The notes beneath the pieces were generated by a model. The model searched no databases, was not told where the DNA came from, and saw nothing but the letters and a program-made list of their open reading frames with translations. From an uncultured Candidatus Binatia bacterium (GTDB taxonomy: Bacteria > Desulfobacterota > Binatia > UBA9968 > JAJDTQ01), in assembly GCA_964291295.2 (NCBI GenBank), contig OZ219754.1, positions 1,696,001 through 1,760,000 on the forward strand: 64,000 nt of DNA, given 5' to 3'. Positions within the stretch are counted from its first letter, which is position 1; each line of letters begins with the position of its first letter. Positions 57,593 through 64,000 of this stretch are shown piece by piece. The position numbers were made by a program, and so were the translations under genes.

Positions 57593-59119
57593 TCACGGAC
57601 CTGGTTCCTGCCCTGTGCCCGTGGACTCTTCCGCCGCCCTTCGGGCCCCCTGTTGCATGCGCAGGCTGACCACCATCACCAGGACCATGACGGCGATGAT
57701 GGTGAGGAACTGCGGGCGCGCGAACATGGACCAGCCGTAACTGTTGGCGGAGAGCCAGAGGTACTTCTCCACGATGTCCGCGAGCACCACGGCGATGAGG
57801 ATCGGCGGGCGCGGCCAGCCGTAGCGCTTCATGAAAAGGCCCAGCACGCCGAAGGCCAGCACCAGCCCCAGATCCTCCATGGACCAGGTGGCCTGGAAGG
57901 CGGCCAGGGTCACCAGCGCGATGATGATGGGTGCAAGAATGTTGGGGGAGATGGCGGCGACACGGGTCAGGTAGGGTGCGAACCAGAGCATGATGGGCAC
58001 GACGATGACGTTGCCCAGCACGATGGTGTAGACCAGGCTGACGGTCAGGTCGAGGTTTTCCGCCAGCATCGCCGGCCCCGGCTGGACCCCCGACAGCACC
58101 AGGATCGCCAGCAGGATGGCCATGCCGCCGCTGCCCGGTATCCCGAACACCACCGTGGGTATCAGCACGCCTCCGTCCACCGAGTTGTTGGCCGAGTCCG
58201 CGGCGATGACGCCGCGCACGTCGCCCGTGCCGAAGCTCTCCATCGCGCCCTTCTCGGTATGACGGGCCTGGGCGTAGGCGATCCAGTGCGCCCCGGAGGA
58301 GCCGATGCCCGGCATCATCCCCACGAAGGTGCCGATGAGCGAGGAGCGTACCAGCAGCCACTTGTTGTTGAGGGCCTCCTTCATGCCCTTGTAGACGTCC
58401 CGGTCCGCCTCCTTCAGCATGGTCTCCAGCCGCTCGCGGGCAATGGGCGTGTTGGACACCACCAGGTCCACCACCTCGGGCAGGGCGAACAGGCCGATGA
58501 CCACCGGGGCCAGGGGGATGCCGTCCCAGAGGTAGTCGATCCCGAAGGTGGTGCGGACGTTGCCGCCGATGACGGAGAAGCCGATCATGGAGATGGCGAG
58601 CCCGAAGCAGGCCGTGAGCATGCCCTTGACGAAGGCGCCCGAGCTGACGATGGCCACGCACATGAGCCCCAGCATCGACAGCAGGAAGAACTCGGCCGCC
58701 CCGAAGAGTCTCAGCAGTTCGCGGGATATGGGCAGTGCCAGCAGGAGCGCCAGTGCGCCGATGATGCCGCCCACCAGCGTGCACATGTAGCTGGCGCCCA
58801 AGGCCACGCCCGCCAGGCCCTTGCGCGCCAGCGGGTAGCCGTCGAGGATCGTTGCCTGGGCCGAGCGGGCGCCGGGAATGCCCATGAGGATGGAGGGGAC
58901 CGGCTCGGTGATGTCGCTGGCGGCGAGGAAGAACACCACGGCCGTCACCGTGATCCACGGATCCACGTAGCCCGCGAACCCCAGCAGCACCACCGCCACC
59001 GGCAGATTGCCCCCGGGCATCAGGCCGGAGACAAGGGCGATGGGCAGCATCAGCAGTATCGCCAGCAGCGGCCCGAGGGAAAAAAGCTTGTCCGCCGCGG
59101 CTATGGCAGCTTCCCACAT
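57593..59119 (-). CDS. tctA: TctA tripartite tricarboxylate transporter permease
   Basis: ILMGIPG, ATILDGYPLA, GLFALPE, G.MPGIG, DSANNS, FGIPGS, GVQPGP. Confidence 0.92.
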   Translation of the reverse strand: MWEAAIAAADKLFSLGPLLAILLMLPIALVSGLMPGGNLPVAVVLLGFAGYVDPWITVTAVVFFLAASDITEPVPSILMGIPGARSAQATILDGYPLARKGLAGVALGASYMCTLVGGIIGALALLLALPISRELLRLFGAAEFFLLSMLGLMCVAIVSSGAFVKGMLTACFGLAISMIGFSVIGGNVRTTFGIDYLWDGIPLAPVVIGLFALPEVVDLVVSNTPIARERLETMLKEADRDVYKGMKEALNNKWLLVRSSLIGTFVGMMPGIGSSGAHWIAYAQARHTEKGAMESFGTGDVRGVIAADSANNSVDGGVLIPTVVFGIPGSGGMAILLAILVLSGVQPGPAMLAENLDLTVSLVYTIVLGNVIVVPIMLWFAPYLTRVAAISPNILAPIIIALVTLAAFQATWSMEDLGLVLAFGVLGLFMKRYGWPRPPILIAVVLADIVEKYLWLSANSYGWSMFARPQFLTIIAVMVLVMVVSLRMQQGARRAAEESTGTGQEPGP

Positions 59120-59615
59120 TTGGTTCTCATCAAGTCCCGTTCCGGCAAGCTGGAAGTGTCTGGAACGCGAAGTGCTGACTTGCCATGACCGGCCTGCGGT
59201 GTCAACTTCCGGCCCCGGCCGCAAGTGCCCTTTCCGGTCGCGGCCCGCGGCCGCTTCGGAGTTGCCGTCCGGCGGCGTCTGTGTGAGGCCGAAACCGGCG
59301 CATCCACAATGCGGCGGGATCACCCCGGGGACGAACCGCCGGACCTGCCCGCGCCGCCCCTCGCCGGGTCCGCGTCCTGCCCTGGCCGACGTTGCGTCAT
59401 CCCGGGCTTGCCGCTCCTTCATGACCTGGTCCTGGCCGACGTTGCACGCCGGCGCCGGTCCCGGCGTTGGCATTTTCCCGTGATCCGGGATAGGCCCTGG
59501 AGCGTCGGAGCGATTCCGTCGATTATTTCGTCGATTATTCCGATTCCGTCGATGATTCCGGCGCCGCCGGACGGATACCGCTTTTCCATGCGCGCCCGCT
59601 GTCCCCGGGAGAGAG

Positions 59616-60485
59616 ATGTCCTTCGAGCTGCTCGCCCTTCTTGCCGCATTCTCCTATGCCACGTCGAACATCGCCGCCCGTTGGGGGCTCCGGTACTCGA
59701 CCGCCAACACCGCCGTGCTCTTCTCGCTGGCCATGCACGCCGCGGGGCTGTCGGCGGTTGTCCTTTTCACCGGAGGCGTTCCCGAGGTCCCACGGGCGGC
59801 GCTCTACCTGGTGATGGTCACGGGGGTGCTGCAGACCGTGCTGCGCACCTGTCACTACCTGGCCATCTCCAGGGTGGGCGTGTCCCGGGCCGTCACCCTG
59901 CGCAATACGCATCCGATGCTCACCGTGCTGATCGGCGTCACCGTGCTGGGCGAGCAGGCCAACACCTCCAATCTCGCAGGGGTGGTCCTCATCGTCGGCG
60001 GCACCGCGCTCACTTCGTGGAAGATGGACGAGCAGATACCCGGCTTCCGCCCCTGGTACCTGTTGCTGCCGGTGGCCACCTCGGTCATGACCTCCACGGT
60101 GCATCCCATCCGGCGGTATGCGATGCTGCTGGCCGGCGAGCCGGTTTTCTTTGCGGCGCTGGTGGGGCTCGTCTCCCTGGGCTGCTTCACCACCTATCTG
60201 GCGCTGCCGCTTCCTCGGGACCCCCTTGTCTGGCACCGGAAGGCGTTGCTCCCCTTCGCCGTCTCCGGGGCTGGCGAGACCATGGCGATCCTGCTGCTCT
60301 TCTTTGCCCTGGCATCCGGCCCCACCGTGGTCGTCTCCCCCATCGCCGCCACCTCCCCGGTGTGGACGGCGCTCCTGGCCAGCATCGTGCTGCGCCGCAT
60401 CGAGAACACCACCCCGGCGGTGATCTTCGGCACGCTGCTGGTGGTTTCCGGCGCCGTCTGCGTCACCCTCGGCCGGCACTGGTGA
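59616..60485 (+). CDS. EamA/DMT family transporter
   Basis: Two 5-TM repeats; LAISRVGVSRA, HPMLTV..LGE, VSPIAATSP. Confidence 0.88.
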   Translation: MSFELLALLAAFSYATSNIAARWGLRYSTANTAVLFSLAMHAAGLSAVVLFTGGVPEVPRAALYLVMVTGVLQTVLRTCHYLAISRVGVSRAVTLRNTHPMLTVLIGVTVLGEQANTSNLAGVVLIVGGTALTSWKMDEQIPGFRPWYLLLPVATSVMTSTVHPIRRYAMLLAGEPVFFAALVGLVSLGCFTTYLALPLPRDPLVWHRKALLPFAVSGAGETMAILLLFFALASGPTVVVSPIAATSPVWTALLASIVLRRIENTTPAVIFGTLLVVSGAVCVTLGRHW

Positions 60486-60609
60486 GGCGGGACCGGCGTT
60501 CGTCCGCCGGCGGTTGCCTCCGGGTCTCGCGCTTCGTGGCGGCTGGCGGGTCAGCGTGGATGGGGGGCCCGGTGCCCGGTCTTGTTGCAGCAGAGGCAGC
60601 CCCCACGGC

Positions 60610-60779
60610 TGCATGTGAACTGTCGGGGTGCTTGGCGGACGATGCTCGTGGCCCGCGCCACCTCGTCGCCGCCGCGCTCCGGCATGCGCCGCCGGACCCC
60701 CGGGCCGCGGCGAGTCGAGCCAAGGCATCCCCGGCGTTTCGAGGACCACCCGCCGCGTGATGTCCGTGTTCAGGAGCAT
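60610..60779 (-). pseudogene. ChrR-like cupin fragment, frameshifted and truncated
   Basis: MLLNTDITRRVVLETPGMPWLDSPRPG then a frame change at the C5 run (60697-60701) to VRRRMPERGGDEVARATSIVR, then similarity is lost. Confidence 0.7.
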
Positions 60780-61002
60780 GGCGGTCGAGTGCGGTGGACA
60801 GGAACTCGCCGATGTTTCGCCGATTCGCGGCGGTCCCGCCCGGTTGACCTGTCCGGCCCGCTCATATTAACTTCCAAGGCCGATTCAAGCCTGGAGCGGG
60901 GGTCGGGCCGGCGCGGCAGGGTCACGACAAGCGCACGATACGCGCACTACAAGCACTACAAGCGCATGATACGCGCTCGATACCGGGAACGAGGGAAGAC
61001 CG

Positions 61003-62064
61003 ATGGCCAAAGTGTTCATATTCGCCCCCAACGACGAGAAGGGCGACTCCCACAGGAAGCTTGAGGAGAACGGTTGCGAACTGGTGCTGGGCAAGGCGGG
61101 CTGGCACACGCCGCAGGGGGACAACGAGGGCGAGATGGTCGCCATGGCCCGGGGAGCCCATGCGCTGGTGGGGACCTCCATCCGCAGCTCTCCCATCAGC
61201 CAGGCGGTCATGCAGAGTTCGAAGGATCTCCGGGTGGTGGCAAAGTACACCATCGGCGTGGATGACATTGATGTGGATGCCGCGACCGAGATGGGGATCA
61301 TGGTCTGCCACGCGCCGACGGAGTCCAACTGGGGCGGCGTGGCCGAGGGCACCATCGCCGGCATGCTTGCCATGCTCAAGCGCGTGCGCGAACGTGACCG
61401 TTCCCTCAAGTCCGGCACCGAGTGGCGCGACCTGAGCCTTCAGGGCACCTACGTGGGGTCGCGCGAGATGGACGGTTGGCCCGGCATCGTCCTGGGCATC
61501 ATCGGACTGGGGCGCATCGGCACCCGGGTCGCCAGGCTCATGAAGCCGTGGGGCATGAGGATGATCGCCTGCGATCCCTACGTGCCGGACGAGACGTTCG
61601 AGGAGGCCGGCGTCGAGAAGGTGGATCTGGCAACCCTCCTGCGGGAATCCGACGTGGTGACCCTCCACGTGGTTCTCACCGGGGAGACCCGCCACATGAT
61701 GGGCAGGGAGCAGTTTGCCCGGATGAAGAGAGACGCCATCTTCATCAATACCTCCCGCGGCGGTTGCGTGAACGAAACGGACCTGGCCGGCGCCCTGGAG
61801 AACGACGTCATCTCGGGCGCCGTCCTGGACGTGTTCGAGGACGAGCCGCTGCCCCTGGACAGCCGGCTGCGGAAGCTCGGCGACAAGGTGATCCTGTCGG
61901 CCCACATGGTTTCCTCCAACAAGGGCAGCGGCCTTCAGCCCGGCGTGGCCTGGGCCACCGAGTCGGTCCTGACCGCCCTCCGCGGCGAGGTTCCGGACAA
62001 CGTCTACAACAAGGGGGTCATCGAGCAGTGGAAGAGCCGCTTCGGAGGCAGGAGCCTCCTGTGA
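61003..62064 (+). CDS. D-isomer-specific 2-hydroxyacid dehydrogenase
   Basis: GVDDIDV, GIIGLGRIG, DPY, LHV.LT, INTSRG, LDVFEDEP, SAH. Confidence 0.92.
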   Translation: MAKVFIFAPNDEKGDSHRKLEENGCELVLGKAGWHTPQGDNEGEMVAMARGAHALVGTSIRSSPISQAVMQSSKDLRVVAKYTIGVDDIDVDAATEMGIMVCHAPTESNWGGVAEGTIAGMLAMLKRVRERDRSLKSGTEWRDLSLQGTYVGSREMDGWPGIVLGIIGLGRIGTRVARLMKPWGMRMIACDPYVPDETFEEAGVEKVDLATLLRESDVVTLHVVLTGETRHMMGREQFARMKRDAIFINTSRGGCVNETDLAGALENDVISGAVLDVFEDEPLPLDSRLRKLGDKVILSAHMVSSNKGSGLQPGVAWATESVLTALRGEVPDNVYNKGVIEQWKSRFGGRSLL

Positions 62065-62193
62065 GCACGCTGCTCCGGTGTCCCGGCCGGCACGTGACCC
62101 CAGGGAACGGCTGACCGGCCGCCAACGGTCGGGGGGCTCCCGGACGGCTCCGGGAGTCCCGCTCCCTCCGGGCCCCTTTCGCAGATACCAGCG

Positions 62194-64000
62194 GTGGGAT
62201 CTCAGGACGTACAACGCGACCAGGATGCGGCCGAACTGCGCTCGTTCATCGCGCACCTGCTGCGGGACGTGCAGGCGCTGGAGCGGATGCTGTCCGGGGG
62301 CATGATCGAGTCCGGGGTGCACCGCATCGGGGTGGAGCAGGAGCTCTTCCTGGTGGATGCCGCCCGGCGCCCGGCGATGCTGGCGATGGAGCTGCTGGAG
62401 CGGGTGGCGGACCCCCACTACACCACCGAACTGGGCCTGTTCAACCTGGAGATCAATCTGGACCCGTTGCCGTTCGAGGGCGGCTGCCTGAGCCGGCTCG
62501 AGGGTCAACTCGCAACCGCCCTGGAGCGTTTGAGAGCGGCGGCGCACGAGCGGGACGCCGAAGTGGTGCTGGCGGGGATCCTGCCGACGTTGCGCAAGTC
62601 CGACCTGGCGCTGGCCCACATGACGCCGCGTCCGCGTTATCGGGCGCTCAACCGGGTGCTCACGCAACTCCGGGGCGGCGACTACGAGTTCCGGCTCAAG
62701 GGCGCGGACGAATTGGCCATCCGTCACGACTCGGTGATGCTCGAGTCCGGCTGCACCAGTTTCCAGGTGCACTACCAAGTGGAACCGGCGGAGTTCGCAC
62801 AGTGCTACAACCTGGCGCAACTCGTGACCGCACCGCTGCTGGCCGCCGCGGCCAACTCGCCCCTGCTGTTCGGGCGGCGGCTGTGGCGGGAGACGCGCAT
62901 CCCGCTGTTCCAGCAGTCCATCGACACCCGCCGCTCGGGCCAGCACATGCGCCAGCGCGCCGCCCGGGTGAGCTTCGGCCAGCAGTGGGTGCGACACTCC
63001 ATCCTGGAGTTGATCGAGGAAGACCTGGCGCGCTTTCGCGTCTTGCTGGGCGCGTCCCTCGAAGAGGACTCTCTGGGGGTTCTGGCGCGGGGCGGGCTGC
63101 CGACGTTGCCGGCCCTGCGCACCCACACCGGGACGGTCTATCGCTGGAACCGGGCCTGCTTCGGCACCGGCGAGGGCAAGGCCCATATCCGCATCGAGAA
63201 CCGCGTGCTGCCCGCCGGGCCCACGGTCCTCGACGAAGTGGCCAACGCGGCCTTCTTCCTTGGCATGCTGCGGGGCGGACAGGACGCCTACGGCGACGTG
63301 GGCCGGACCATGCCCTTCCACGACGCCGAAGCCAGCTTCCTGGCCGCCGCCCACCGGGGTCTCGACGCCCGGTTCACGTGGGTGCACGGCAAGTCGGTGC
63401 CTGCCGACGATCTCATACGCCGGGAACTGCTGCCGCTGGCGCGGCAGGGCCTGCGGGGGGCCGGCCTTGATGCCGCGGACGTGGACCGTTACCTGGGGGT
63501 CATCGAGCAGCGGGTGGCGTCGGGCCGGAACGGGGCGTCCTGGCTGCTGAGTTCTCTGGCGAAGATGCAGGGGGCGGACACCCGGGATGCGCTGCTGAGC
63601 GCCCTTGTCGCGGCCACCGCAAGGCGGCAATGGGAGGGAACACCCGTGCATGAATGGTCATTGGCGGAGATCCACGAAGGCCGCGGCGGCAAGCCGCAGG
63701 CCTTGCGCATCGAGGAGTTCATGACCACCGATCTCTTTACGGTTCACCCGGAGGAACCGCTGGAGCTGGTGGTCAAGCTCATGGACTGGAAACGCATCCG
63801 CCACGTGCCCGTGGAAGATGAGCAGGGCAAGGTGGCGGGTCTGATCTCCTGCTTCGAGGTTCTGCGGCAATGCGGGCCGGCCACCCCGGAAGCCGACGCC
63901 GATCCGGTGCCGGCCAGGGCCGTCCTGCAGCCGGACCCGGTGACCATTGCTCCGGAAGCCACGGTTACCGAGGCGGTGGCGCGGATGCGGCAGCGGCAAA
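62194..64000 (+). CDS. glutamate-cysteine ligase family 2 (GCS2) protein with C-terminal CBS domains (runs off window end)
   Basis: Manual translation MGSQDV...RIGVEQELFLVD, TTELGLFNLEIN, CTSFQVH, ANSPLLFG, WRETRIPLF, YRWNR, RIENRVLP; CBS MTTDLFTV...IRHVPV. Confidence 0.88.
   Translation, partial: MGSQDVQRDQDAAELRSFIAHLLRDVQALERMLSGGMIESGVHRIGVEQELFLVDAARRPAMLAMELLERVADPHYTTELGLFNLEINLDPLPFEGGCLSRLEGQLATALERLRAAAHERDAEVVLAGILPTLRKSDLALAHMTPRPRYRALNRVLTQLRGGDYEFRLKGADELAIRHDSVMLESGCTSFQVHYQVEPAEFAQCYNLAQLVTAPLLAAAANSPLLFGRRLWRETRIPLFQQSIDTRRSGQHMRQRAARVSFGQQWVRHSILELIEEDLARFRVLLGASLEEDSLGVLARGGLPTLPALRTHTGTVYRWNRACFGTGEGKAHIRIENRVLPAGPTVLDEVANAAFFLGMLRGGQDAYGDVGRTMPFHDAEASFLAAAHRGLDARFTWVHGKSVPADDLIRRELLPLARQGLRGAGLDAADVDRYLGVIEQRVASGRNGASWLLSSLAKMQGADTRDALLSALVAATARRQWEGTPVHEWSLAEIHEGRGGKPQALRIEEFMTTDLFTVHPEEPLELVVKLMDWKRIRHVPVEDEQGKVAGLISCFEVLRQCGPATPEADADPVPARAVLQPDPVTIAPEATVTEAVARMRQRQ

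Overview
GC-rich bacterial chromosomal segment. It is dominated by catabolic and transport genes (amidohydrolases, alpha/beta hydrolases, LLM oxidoreductase, SDR, acyl-CoA synthetase, MFS, Tct, ybbAP-tesA) plus nfo, topB, a tRNA-Val(CAC) and an Hsp20. Two visibly more AT-rich, defence-like islands interrupt it. Island 1 (about 10.3-19.5 kb) holds an AAA ATPase with a TOPRIM-like partner broken by a TGA, and a translationally coupled HigA-like HTH -> HEPN/SNF2 helicase -> sacsin-like ATPase/HNH operon. Island 2 (about 43.8-50.3 kb) holds a compact ubiquitination-like operon (Ubl, E2-like, JAB-E1 fusion) divergent from an XRE-ImmA/IrrE peptidase + PIN pair across a palindromic operator, then a second AAA + TOPRIM-like pair. 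Features missed by the ORF track include a CxxU AhpD/CMD-like selenoprotein candidate with a SECIS-like hairpin, two IS5-like MITEs bracketing a 13 kb block, several pseudogenes and many degenerate intergenic tandem repeats. No CRISPR array, rRNA, integrase or transposase was seen. All family calls come from motif recognition by eye, not database searches.
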